Shown piece after piece: positions 50,940 through 60,563 of a stretch of DNA of 64,000 bases (its first letter is position 1; the number at the start of each line of letters is the position of its first letter). Location of the stretch: contig OY771506.1 in the NCBI GenBank assembly GCA_963674705.1, positions 2,272,001 to 2,336,000 of the forward strand, given 5' to 3'. The DNA is from Phycisphaeraceae bacterium (GTDB taxonomy: Bacteria; Planctomycetota; Phycisphaerae; Phycisphaerales; Phycisphaeraceae). The position numbers and the translations under genes are program-made. The notes beneath the pieces are model-generated. The model was not told the origin of the DNA and ran no database searches. It saw nothing but the letters and a program-made list of their open reading frames with translations.

Positions 50940-52370
50940 TCAATCTTCCGGTTTTTCTCCGGCCGGCGCCATCTTGACCAGTTTGGGATCGAATCGGGCG
51001 ATCGGTTCGACCAGGTCCTGCTGCCATGACATGACCTCGTCGATATTTTTGTAGACAACCGGGGCCTCGTCGATGCCTGCGCTGAGTAGTGTTACGCCTG
51101 CCTTTTCAAGCATCGGGCGGATGCTGTGCCAGCGATAGGTGTTGCGGGCCTTGGTCCGGGACATGACACGACCCGCTCCGTGTGCGGCCGAATTCATCGC
51201 GTCGGCCGAACCCTTGCCGCGCACGACATAACACGCGCTGGCCATCGAGCCGGGGATGATGCCTAGCACGTCTTTGCCTGCGGGGGTTGCGCCTTTACGG
51301 TGAACGATGACTTGTTTAAGTTCGCCATCCACTTCGTGTTTTTCCTGCCACGCGAAGTTGTGGTGGTTTTCAATGGTCGTGATAGCTCGGGCGCCGAGGC
51401 GTTTTACGATTGCGTTGTGAATGCAAGCATGGTTGGCCGAGGCATATCGACCCATCAGTTGCATGGCCTGCCAGTATTCCTGCCCTTCGTGGCTGTCCAT
51501 ATCGAGCCAGGCCAGGTGGCGTGTTTCCTTGTTCAATTCCGGGTGCAGCGTCATGGCGATCTGCGAGTAGTGGCTGCATACCGCGGCGCCCGTGCCCCGG
51601 CTGCCGGAGTGTGACAGGATTGCCAGGTATTCTCGTTCAGCTTCCAGCCCTAACTCACCGGCATCATCGCCCGGCTTGAACACGCCGAATTCCACGAAGT
51701 GATTGCCTGATCCGCTGGTGCCGAGCTGGGTAGCTGCCTTTTCACGGTTGTTTTTCGTGATGGGAGATACACCCCAGTCCTCATCCATCACCTCGTGTTC
51801 TCGCAACCGGCCTTTGAATTCGGCGCCGATCCCGAAGCGTGTTTCTTCTTCCAACGACTTGATTAAACGGTCCCTGTGTGATTCGAGCGACTTGGCGGGC
51901 ATGTCGAGGACGGTGAGTTTAACTCGGCAGGCGATATCCACGCCAACCGCGTAGGGGATGACCGCGTTGTGAGTAGCCAGCACGCCGCCGATCGGCAGGC
52001 CGTAGCCGACGTGTGCATCGGGCATCAATGCGCCTCGGGCCGCGACATTAAGATGGCAAGCGGCATGCATCTGCTCGACGCTCTTGGTGTCCAGATCATC
52101 TCCCCATTGTTTGTAGGGGGCGGGCTTTTCACGCGGAACGTAGCTGGCTTTAGCAGCAGCTTCGACTTTCTGATGCAATGCAATCTGCGCAGCTAACTCG
52201 CCAAAGTGTTCGTCGTCTCGATACTTGTCAGGATTTTGCCCGATATCACGCAGCGTCTGTTGAGCGACTTCACGGTCAACCCCCGCTTTACGCGCAGCCT
52301 GGGCGGTCCACTTGGCCATCTGGGCCAACTGCTTGGGGATACCGAGCTGTTCCAGTTGCCTAGCTTTCAT
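50940..52370 (-). CDS. rtcB: RNA 3'-phosphate/2',3'-cyclic phosphate ligase
   Basis: MPDAHVGYGLPIG, VGVDIAC, LGTSGSGNHF, HSGSRG, HHNFAW, HRKGAT, PGSM, HGAGR, DEAP-VYK. Confidence 0.95.
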   Translation of the reverse strand: MKARQLEQLGIPKQLAQMAKWTAQAARKAGVDREVAQQTLRDIGQNPDKYRDDEHFGELAAQIALHQKVEAAAKASYVPREKPAPYKQWGDDLDTKSVEQMHAACHLNVAARGALMPDAHVGYGLPIGGVLATHNAVIPYAVGVDIACRVKLTVLDMPAKSLESHRDRLIKSLEEETRFGIGAEFKGRLREHEVMDEDWGVSPITKNNREKAATQLGTSGSGNHFVEFGVFKPGDDAGELGLEAEREYLAILSHSGSRGTGAAVCSHYSQIAMTLHPELNKETRHLAWLDMDSHEGQEYWQAMQLMGRYASANHACIHNAIVKRLGARAITTIENHHNFAWQEKHEVDGELKQVIVHRKGATPAGKDVLGIIPGSMASACYVVRGKGSADAMNSAAHGAGRVMSRTKARNTYRWHSIRPMLEKAGVTLLSAGIDEAPVVYKNIDEVMSWQQDLVEPIARFDPKLVKMAPAGEKPED

Positions 52371-52413
52371 ATGAGTATTCTAGATAAAGATCAGAGATGT
52401 GCCGATTGATTGC

Positions 52414-53016
52414 TCACATTATTTTGCCATGAAGCGATCGTTGTTCCGCGACAGACCGGACAAGCTGATACTGACTGATGGGTTCGCCACACTCCGGACA
52501 ACTTGTCCCGCGTGCTTTGAGTGTGCCGATCAGGTTATAGCCGCAGTTTCGGCAATCAGTGTATGGGGCTTCCGGGGCATTCCCGCGGTTCTCCAGATAG
52601 TAGTGAAGAAGAAAGTGGATGATTGGGAACAACAGGATGCCCAGGATGGCAAGTGCCTGAAACCACGGATGCTCATCATGATAATTCAGCAGCATTCGTA
52701 TCGTTTCAAGCATCTGAATTACCAGGATTGTTAACAATACAAGCCAACGGCGCGAATCAACACGAAGTAGTGCAACCACTTCGAAGGCGATCAACATATA
52801 GGCTAAGAATCCCCAAAGCTGAAAGATGCCGGCTACAGCTATAAAGAACCAGATAAAGAAGATCAACCACGACAATCCAATACTGTCCTGGTCCACGATC
52901 AATCCGCCCAGCACACACCCCAGTGTCAGGCTTAAGATAAGCCCGGCCACGAGCGAGATCGCCAAGCCGACGCCGTCCATGCAATAGCCAAGTAATGTGT
53001 GATGGTACCCGGGCAT
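52414..53016 (-). CDS. Membrane protein with C-terminal zinc ribbon
   Basis: Several TMs, then CRNCGYNL...CPECG. Confidence 0.72.
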   Translation of the reverse strand: MPGYHHTLLGYCMDGVGLAISLVAGLILSLTLGCVLGGLIVDQDSIGLSWLIFFIWFFIAVAGIFQLWGFLAYMLIAFEVVALLRVDSRRWLVLLTILVIQMLETIRMLLNYHDEHPWFQALAILGILLFPIIHFLLHYYLENRGNAPEAPYTDCRNCGYNLIGTLKARGTSCPECGEPISQYQLVRSVAEQRSLHGKIM

Positions 53017-53145
53017 AAATATAGTTTATCAGGAGGAGGCAACCATAGGCGATAATATTATTTGTAGTCTTCCCTGAAACGTGAATATGAATCGAATACC
53101 CGGATTTTCATCCTCAAAATCCGTACTGGTTGCTACACTTCTGAC

Positions 53146-53213
<68 letters not shown>

Positions 53214-53801
53214 ATGCCCCTGATCATCGATTGCTACAACGTGTTGCACGCGGATAAGCCCATGCCCTTGGCTGGGCTGGGGGAGGCGTCGTTGTGCTCG
53301 TTACTCATGGATAGTCCTTGGGCGCGTGGGGGCGTGACAGTGGTGTGTGATGGGGCGCCGAAGCCGCACTCGCCTGACCCGCGTGATGTAGAACCTGTGG
53401 AGTTGCTGTTCTCCGGCGCCGGCCGATCGGCGGACGATGTGATCATCGGGCTGATCGATGTGGCATCTGCCCCGCGAAGACTCACAGTCGTATCCAGTGA
53501 CCGCACGATCCGCAAAGCCGCCCGGCGAAGGCGGGCCCGGGATGTCACCGCGGAAGCATTTCTGGAAAAACTTGCTCATGTGCTCCGGCAGGGAGGGGCA
53601 AGTGGGGCGATCGCTCCCGGTAAGCCCAGCATCGGCCCATTGCCGGATAACCACGTTGAACGCTGGCTGGATTGGTTCGGCATCGACGCAGATAACACGT
53701 CGGGTTCAGGAAGCCCGCCCACTGATCCCTACGGCCTGGCGGACATGGATCTGGCAGATATCGCGGATCTAGACGATCTGGACGACCTCAAGGACCTGTA
53801 A
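53214..53801 (+). CDS. NYN/YacP-like PIN-fold nuclease
   Basis: LIIDCYN, VVCDG, SADDVI, VVSSDR acidic motifs. Confidence 0.85.
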   Translation: MPLIIDCYNVLHADKPMPLAGLGEASLCSLLMDSPWARGGVTVVCDGAPKPHSPDPRDVEPVELLFSGAGRSADDVIIGLIDVASAPRRLTVVSSDRTIRKAARRRRARDVTAEAFLEKLAHVLRQGGASGAIAPGKPSIGPLPDNHVERWLDWFGIDADNTSGSGSPPTDPYGLADMDLADIADLDDLDDLKDL

Positions 53802-53900
53802 ACCCCATACGGGCCAAGTCTTGATAAGTTTTGTAGGATACCCCTCCGGAGCGATGGATATCTCCGGGTGGACCACGAGACGTTTTTTCAGGAATACCCG

Positions 53901-54662
53901 ATGCCCCAGACAAGCGACGACAAGGATTCGAAGCCTCAGACCGGTCAGCCGGTGTACAAGCGTGTGCTGCTGAAGATCAGCGGTGAAGCCTTCTGTAAGC
54001 CCGGTGGTTTTGGGATCGATGGGCCGGAGCTTGATGTCATCGCCAAGGAGATCGCAGAGGCGGCGAAGGTCGGGGCGGAACTGGCTGTTGTTGTCGGTGG
54101 GGGGAATATCATCCGAGGCGCGACGTTGGCCGAGGAAGGCAATATCAAGCAGGCGACCGCCGACCAGATGGGCATGCTCGGGACGGTCATTAATGGCTTG
54201 GCTCTAAAAGAGACTTTAGAGAAACTCGGTCAGCCGGCGCGAGTGCTCAGTGCGTTGAACCTGTCATCGGTTGCTGAGACGTTCATCCGGGGCCGGGCGC
54301 ATCGGCATCTGGAGAAGGGGCGTGTCGTCATTTTCGTCGCCGGGACGGGAAATCCGTTCTTCACGACGGATTCGGCTGCTTCCCTGCGTGCCGCGGAAAT
54401 CAACGCGGATGTGTTGCTCAAGGCCACGAAGGTCGATGGTGTCTACGATAAGGACCCGATGAAGCACGCCGACGCCAAGCGATACGAAAAACTCACTTTC
54501 CGGGAAGCGATCAGCCAAGACCTGAAGGTGATGGATGTGACGGCTTTTGATATGTGCCAGAAGCGAGGCATCCCGATCATCGTGTTTAATATGAAAGAAC
54601 CGGGCCACATCGCTGAGGTGGTTTCGGGCAAAACGATCGGGACGAAAGTCGTGGTAGAGTAA
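53901..54662 (+). CDS. pyrH: Uridylate kinase
   Basis: KRVLLKISGE, VVGGGNI, GTGNPFFTTDSAA, KATKVDGVYDKDP. Confidence 0.97.
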   Translation: MPQTSDDKDSKPQTGQPVYKRVLLKISGEAFCKPGGFGIDGPELDVIAKEIAEAAKVGAELAVVVGGGNIIRGATLAEEGNIKQATADQMGMLGTVINGLALKETLEKLGQPARVLSALNLSSVAETFIRGRAHRHLEKGRVVIFVAGTGNPFFTTDSAASLRAAEINADVLLKATKVDGVYDKDPMKHADAKRYEKLTFREAISQDLKVMDVTAFDMCQKRGIPIIVFNMKEPGHIAEVVSGKTIGTKVVVE

Positions 54663-54761
54663 TTGGGATTTTCAATAATCGATGCTGAATGTTCAAGCTT
54701 GATCTTTTTTTGACATATTGAACAATGTACATCGCATATTGAGCATTTGGGAGCTTGCACA

Positions 54762-55328
54762 ATGGATATTGATGAGTGCCTACTTACCTGTGAAGAATCG
54801 ATGGACAAGACGGTGGACTATCTCAAGAACGAGCTGCGCGGTGTTCGTACAGGACGCGCTTCCACGGCTCTGGTCGAGTACATCAAGGTCGATTACTACG
54901 GTGCACCGACGGAGCTGCGTCAGCTTGCCATGATCAATGTTCCTGAACCGACGCAGATCCTGATCAAACCCTTCGATGCCTCCTGCACGAAAGAGATCGG
55001 CAAGGCGATCGAAGCGTCCGGCTTGGGTCTGAATCCGACCGTCGAGGCTAAGCAGGTCCGGTTGAACCTTCCTCCGTTATCCGGCGAACGGCGCACCCAA
55101 CTGATCGGTTCGATCAAGCAGATGGGCGAGCAGGCTAAGGTCGCCATCCGAAACGCCCGTCGTGATGCGAACAAACACATCGACCAGGCGATCAAAGACA
55201 AGAGCCTGCACCACAGCGAAGATGACGCCGAAGCTGCCAAGAATGATGTGCAGGAGCTTCTGAAGAAGCACGAGGGGCTAGTCGACGACTTAATCGGTGC
55301 AAAGACTAAAGAGATCCAGGAAGTCTGA
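54762..55328 (+). CDS. frr: Ribosome recycling factor
   Basis: VRTGRAS, VDYYG, LGLNP, PPLSGERR, KVAIRNARRDAN; follows pyrH. Confidence 0.97.
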   Translation: MDIDECLLTCEESMDKTVDYLKNELRGVRTGRASTALVEYIKVDYYGAPTELRQLAMINVPEPTQILIKPFDASCTKEIGKAIEASGLGLNPTVEAKQVRLNLPPLSGERRTQLIGSIKQMGEQAKVAIRNARRDANKHIDQAIKDKSLHHSEDDAEAAKNDVQELLKKHEGLVDDLIGAKTKEIQEV

Positions 55329-55418
55329 CACTCATCGCTGTGTCTGCCTGGATTGACTATCTATAACGCCCATGGATGGGGGTAGATCGGCAAAGGAATC
55401 TTGCCGGGGAGGCCGACG

Positions 55419-58400
55419 ATGGGGCGGTATCCATTTTGCTATGTGTTGTGTTGCCTGTTGTGTACCGCTTTGTTGTTGCAGGCAACGTGTTTGCATGCCG
55501 ATGTCGCAAGTGACGCTGCTTCGCGTATCGACGCTGCGTTCGAGCAACTCATTAACGAGGCGAACGACCTCGGTACGGTCAAACAGCCGGAGCACCGTGC
55601 GAACTTCAAACGCCCGCACCGCGCCGTTCGTGCATTAAAAGCTCAAGACGGTCCGGTCATTCTTGAACGCATGGCCGGCAAGCTTGCCGGTGATGATTAC
55701 GGCGACACATACATCCGTTGGCACCTGATGCCTGCTATTGAAACTTGGCTCGGATCACGTGCAACTTCCGCAGATGAATCTTCTGATGCTTCTCTAACTG
55801 TTCAGCAAGTCAAAATCATTCAGGACTTGTTCCGCAGCATGCCGCCCGAAGCGGAACCACGGTATGTTTCGCCGTACAGCGACGAGGGCAAAGAGATCAA
55901 TAAACGTCTTGCTCAGCTTCGAGCCAAGACACGTATCACCGTAGGTGTACCGCCATTTGAAAAGACCTATTCGGGTCGGGCGGCGTTACCCCACATGACG
56001 CCTGCCGCTCGAAAGAAAGCCGAACCGATCGTTGAAGAAATCGATCGCTTGCAGGATCAGGTCAAGGGGATGCGAGATCGCGACATCGAGCAAGTCAACG
56101 AACGCTACCGTGAAGTTGCCAAGGCAATGCGCGAGTATCGTTTTGACCTGGGCTACATGATGGTTCAGAGCGGTAATCAGAAGCTATTGAATGATGTTGG
56201 CTCAGCCGTGGGTACGTTGATACGCCGGCGTCAACGTGCAGGCTTTGATGTGACGCAGGCGATCTATAAGGCGATGCATGACGGGTATCTGAACCAATAC
56301 GACGATCGGGCGTTGGCTTCCTTACGCGAGAATCTGATGAAGACTGCCGCCTCGACGCGGTCATATGAAACCTATCTGCGTGGCAACGAGCCGATGCCTT
56401 ACTACATTCAGCCTGAATTGCGCTGCTACGCCGGTTATGTGTATCAGTTGACCGATCTATTGGCGGAGCCTACACGATTACGTGCTTTCCGGACTGTCGC
56501 AGAAGAAACCGAGCCGGATATACCTCCGCTTCCCGTTGGGCCTTTTGAACCCGAGTCACTTTCAATCGATGATATCCGCGCCGCGATACGTGCCGCGGTG
56601 CATGAGCTATACACAGCAAGCCGTCAGCCGCAGCGCGATGAGGAATACGCGCCCGGGCCGGTTTTGCCAAATGAATTCATTCGGCATGACAGTTATTACT
56701 TCTATCTGAATCGCTATCGCCAGAAGGACCCGGTCTATCAGGAAGTGATTTATGAAACAGGCAACCATGCGCTGGTCGCGTCCGCGATGCTTGCTGCGGG
56801 TGAATCCTATCAGGACCCAAGGCTTAATCGCCGCATCAGCTGGGTACTCGCCAGCGACACACCTTTTACCTACGACCGCGGGATGCGGTTGATGATGTTA
56901 TCTCGCCTGCCCACCGGTATGTTCGCCGAAGCAGCGAAACGCGATGCAGCCTGGCTCGGTTCGGCGGTCACCGATATGGGCAACTTCAATGAATCGTACT
57001 ACTACGGCCAAAGCACCGGTTTCGGCGATCACGGCAGCGGATTCTATGGCGTACTCGGTCTGTGGGGTGCGGACCGTCTCGACATCGAACTAAACGAAAA
57101 GAAAGTCTGGAGCCCGATCGATAAACACTGGCGACTGACTCAGCAGAAAACACCCGGCGACCAACCAGCCGGTTGGGCGGTCGGCATGCTGCACGAGTTT
57201 GCCATGCGCGATGCGGATCAACCCATCACGACGAACTCGCGCACAACGGTAACCGGCCCGATGACTGCGGCAGGTGTCGCCTCGCTCACCCTCACCGAAC
57301 GTTATCTCAACGGCCCAACACTTACCGAGCCCGGCAAGGACAATGTCTCGGTCGAATTACGCAAGGGTCTGCGCTGGTTGGATGAAAACTTCGATCCAGC
57401 CCAGAGCCCCGGCGCGGACTGGTTCTATTACATGTGGACCATTCAGCAGGTAGGCAAAGCAAGCGGCCGACGCACGTTTAACGGGGTCGACTGGTTCCGC
57501 ACGGTTACCGCCGAGATGCTTAACCGCCAGGGGCCGGACGGCCTATGGGAAGATCCGAACGGTCAACAAGGGAAGCTGCTATCCACCGGTTTCGCGTTGC
57601 TCTACCTGGCCAACGCACTTGAACCGATCGCTGTATCCAAGCTGAAGTTTGATGGGGCATGGAATAATCGTCCCAACGATCTTTGGAACTATGCCGAGTA
57701 CGCATCGGATGTCTTCGAGGTCGATACCGCCTGGCAGATCGTAGACTTGGATCAGACCTTGTATGAGTTGGCAGATACGCCGCTGATTTACCTGGCGACA
57801 CACGAACCGTTTTCACTCAGCCGGGACCAGGTCGATCGTCTGCGTCAATATATCGATATCGGTGGCATGCTTCTGATCAATCCCGAGGCTCCGATCGGTC
57901 GATTGCAGGCAAGCATCGATGCGCTGATCGCAGAGTTATATCCGGATAAGGCGCTTGAGCCGGTTGCTGAGTTCCATCCGTTTTATGACCTGCATACAAA
58001 GCTGCGGCCGACCGTGCAGATGCAGATGGTTCACAACGGTGTTCGTCCCTTAGTCGTGGTGTTCAATCGTGACATCAGTCGTGGCTTACAGACCAACGAT
58101 ACAAAACGACAAGCCGATAGTTTCGCGGCGTTATCGAATATCTATCTTTACGCAGTTGGTACACAGGCCCAACGCACACGGCTGTCATCCAATTACATTC
58201 TTCCAACGGACGAACGCCCAAACGACAGCATCGCTGTCGCTCGCATCCTACATAATGGCTCGTTCAATCCTGAACCGGCTGCGCTAACGCAACTCGATGC
58301 TTTCATGGCCCGCGAGCATGGAATCGATCTGGACATTCAGATTCTGGAGCCAGGCCAACTCAAGGACCAGCGTATTGCCTTCCTGACCACATCGGGTGAT

Positions 58401-58832
58401 GGCGAACTATCGGATGCACAGGCGAAGGCCTTGCGCGATTGGGTTGAGGCCGGCGGCACACTTTGGCTCGATGCGGCGGGTGGCACGACCAAGGCGGTCC
58501 AGGCCGCCAACGCCATGCTCATGAAAGCCTTTCCCGACTACCCAGTGCTACCGCTTGAGCAAGATTCACCGATCATCACCGGAGAAAATCTGTTCTTCGG
58601 TCCGCACGACGTCAGACGCGTGTCTTACAGCAGGTTCGCACAACGTCAGATGGGCCAGATGACTACGCCGCGTCTGCAGGCGATCAAGATCGATGGACGC
58701 GTTGCCGTGATCTTTTCTCCCGAAGACCTGACCGCCGCCCTCGCCGGCTGCGAACACTGGGGTCTGTTCGGCTATTCTCCGCAATCCGCAAGAAAACTAA
58801 TCGCCAACGGCATCCTGGCAACGGTGCAATAG
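55419..58832 (+). CDS. Large secreted protein with prenyltransferase-like helical region and tandem DUF4159-like domains
   Basis: Signal peptide; QGPDGLW and YYMWTIQQVG repeats; WNNRPND, GGMLLI and GGTLWLDAAGG; GGAGG RBS. Confidence 0.78.
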   Translation: MGRYPFCYVLCCLLCTALLLQATCLHADVASDAASRIDAAFEQLINEANDLGTVKQPEHRANFKRPHRAVRALKAQDGPVILERMAGKLAGDDYGDTYIRWHLMPAIETWLGSRATSADESSDASLTVQQVKIIQDLFRSMPPEAEPRYVSPYSDEGKEINKRLAQLRAKTRITVGVPPFEKTYSGRAALPHMTPAARKKAEPIVEEIDRLQDQVKGMRDRDIEQVNERYREVAKAMREYRFDLGYMMVQSGNQKLLNDVGSAVGTLIRRRQRAGFDVTQAIYKAMHDGYLNQYDDRALASLRENLMKTAASTRSYETYLRGNEPMPYYIQPELRCYAGYVYQLTDLLAEPTRLRAFRTVAEETEPDIPPLPVGPFEPESLSIDDIRAAIRAAVHELYTASRQPQRDEEYAPGPVLPNEFIRHDSYYFYLNRYRQKDPVYQEVIYETGNHALVASAMLAAGESYQDPRLNRRISWVLASDTPFTYDRGMRLMMLSRLPTGMFAEAAKRDAAWLGSAVTDMGNFNESYYYGQSTGFGDHGSGFYGVLGLWGADRLDIELNEKKVWSPIDKHWRLTQQKTPGDQPAGWAVGMLHEFAMRDADQPITTNSRTTVTGPMTAAGVASLTLTERYLNGPTLTEPGKDNVSVELRKGLRWLDENFDPAQSPGADWFYYMWTIQQVGKASGRRTFNGVDWFRTVTAEMLNRQGPDGLWEDPNGQQGKLLSTGFALLYLANALEPIAVSKLKFDGAWNNRPNDLWNYAEYASDVFEVDTAWQIVDLDQTLYELADTPLIYLATHEPFSLSRDQVDRLRQYIDIGGMLLINPEAPIGRLQASIDALIAELYPDKALEPVAEFHPFYDLHTKLRPTVQMQMVHNGVRPLVVVFNRDISRGLQTNDTKRQADSFAALSNIYLYAVGTQAQRTRLSSNYILPTDERPNDSIAVARILHNGSFNPEPAALTQLDAFMAREHGIDLDIQILEPGQLKDQRIAFLTTSGDGELSDAQAKALRDWVEAGGTLWLDAAGGTTKAVQAANAMLMKAFPDYPVLPLEQDSPIITGENLFFGPHDVRRVSYSRFAQRQMGQMTTPRLQAIKIDGRVAVIFSPEDLTAALAGCEHWGLFGYSPQSARKLIANGILATVQ

Positions 58833-58899
58833 GTCGCTCATAGACATGTGGTAACAGAGAGCGGGTATCGACGGTAGAATACCTTTTCGTTTCTCTTTA

Positions 58900-58931
58900 C
58901 CCTACACCCAACACCCTAAACCCTACACCCT
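58900..58931 (+). repeat. Heptamer array (CCCTACA-like)x4 before a start codon
   Basis: ccctaca cccaaca ccctaaa ccctaca ccct. Confidence 0.75.
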
Positions 58932-58936
58932 CCCAA

Positions 58937-59935
58937 ATGAACTTCTTCAGCCAACCACGAGAACGCTTTGCCACCTTGCCCACGCCGTTAGAGTTTCTGC
59001 CACGCCTGACGGAAAAACTCGATGGGCCGCGCATCTACATCAAGCGCGATGACCTGACCGGTCTTGCCTTCGGCGGAAACAAGACACGCAAACTCGAATA
59101 CCTGATCGCGGATGCTAAACGCAAAGGCGTGACACACTTCATTACCGAAGGCGGTTGGCAATCCAATCACGTGCGCCAAGCCGCGGCCGCCGCACGTTTG
59201 GCGGGGATGCAGGCTGTGCTGGCGTTGAACTGCCCCGAGCAGCAGCCACCTTTGCAGGGAAACCTGCTGATCGATGACTTGCTCGGTGCGCATTGTCATT
59301 ATGTTGCGACGGGTAAGGACCGTAAGCCGAAGATGAAAGAGCTTGCTGCTGAGATCGCGGCCGAGGGCGGCGTGCCATACGTCGTTGTGGCCGGCGGATC
59401 AGACGCCATCGGCGCACTCGGTTACGTCGGCATGGTCCTGGAGATGAACAGCCAACTTGTCGAGCAGCAGGTCAGCCCGCGCTGCGTGTATGTTGCCAAT
59501 GGCAGTGCCGGCACACAGGCGGGCATGGTCCTGGGGCAATCTATCTTCGGCGGGACGTATACCATCAAGGGGTATTGCGTCGTGCCCGGTGGTGCTGAGG
59601 AAATTACGCAGGATACATTCACATTGGCAAACCAGTGCGCGGCGCACATCGGCGTCGATCCGGTCGATAACTCACAAGTGATCTGCGATGACTCGCAATT
59701 CGGCGAAGCCTACGGCATCCCGACCCCTGCTGCGCTGGATGCTATCAAGTTGCTCGCCGAAACCGAAGCGATCCTGCTCGATCCGGTCTACACCGGTAAA
59801 ACATTCGCCGGCATGCTCGCTGACATCGAGGTCGGACTCTACGGCAAAGACGACACAATTGTCTTCGTTCACACAGGTGGCGCACCGGCCCTCTTTGCAA
59901 AAGTGGATCTGTTGCAACCGATTTTATCCAGGTGA
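58937..59935 (+). CDS. D-cysteine desulfhydrase / ACC deaminase-family PLP enzyme
   Basis: IKRDDLTGLAFGGNKTRKLEY, QSNH, GSAGTQAG, LLDPVYTGK, FVHTGG. Confidence 0.92.
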   Translation: MNFFSQPRERFATLPTPLEFLPRLTEKLDGPRIYIKRDDLTGLAFGGNKTRKLEYLIADAKRKGVTHFITEGGWQSNHVRQAAAAARLAGMQAVLALNCPEQQPPLQGNLLIDDLLGAHCHYVATGKDRKPKMKELAAEIAAEGGVPYVVVAGGSDAIGALGYVGMVLEMNSQLVEQQVSPRCVYVANGSAGTQAGMVLGQSIFGGTYTIKGYCVVPGGAEEITQDTFTLANQCAAHIGVDPVDNSQVICDDSQFGEAYGIPTPAALDAIKLLAETEAILLDPVYTGKTFAGMLADIEVGLYGKDDTIVFVHTGGAPALFAKVDLLQPILSR

Positions 59936-60019
59936 GGGAGAAAGAAAACTAGAAAACTAGAAAGCTAGAAATGCGGGAATACTATCCTTCGATCCCCGAT
60001 ACCTATGAAGAGGCCCGGA

Positions 60020-60183
60020 CCTTCGCTTCGCTCAGGACCGGCGTTGGGGGGGAAGAGCCATTAGCCTTTAGCAATTAGCCATTAGCACAAATCCTAATCA
60101 TCAATCCTAAATCATAAATACAATTCCCCACACCCCACACCCCACACCCCACACCCCACACCCCACACCCCACACCCCATCCC
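60020..60183 (+). repeat. Composite repeat: REP-like 25-mer plus three heptamer arrays ending in (CCCCACA)7
   Basis: ccttcgcttcgctcaggaccggcgt; cattagc units; aaatcat units; ccccaca x7, then ATG at 60184. Confidence 0.9.
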
Positions 60184-60507
60184 ATGCTCAATCCTCCCTC
60201 CATCACCCCGACCGAACTCAAAGCCATGCTCGATCGTGGTGATGAGGTCGAATTGATCGATGTCCGAGAGCCTAAGGAACTCAAGATCGTGCAGATACCC
60301 GGTGCTATGCACATCCCGCTTGCCAGTCTACCGGACCATGTCGAAGAGCTTGACCCGGACAAGCAATGTGTTGTCTTCTGTCACCTCGGCCAACGCAGCG
60401 CCGCGGCCGTCGCTTACCTGATCGAACGCGACTTCGAGGCCCTCAACCTCGCCGGCGGCATCCACGGCTGGGCCCGTGAGGTCGATCCATCTTTGCCGAT
60501 GTATTGA
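60184..60507 (+). CDS. Rhodanese-domain sulfurtransferase
   Basis: IDVREP, HIPL, FCHLGQRS, NLAGGIHGW...DPSLPMY. Confidence 0.9.
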   Translation: MLNPPSITPTELKAMLDRGDEVELIDVREPKELKIVQIPGAMHIPLASLPDHVEELDPDKQCVVFCHLGQRSAAAVAYLIERDFEALNLAGGIHGWAREVDPSLPMY

Positions 60508-60563
60508 AGCATGCCACCTCTCTACTTGTGACGATCGACCATCATGGGCCTACAATCCCTCCT

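Noticed and set aside
55372..55638. 88-aa Cys-rich ORF
   Set aside because: Alternative frame over the signal peptide of the DUF4159-like gene, which has a good RBS.
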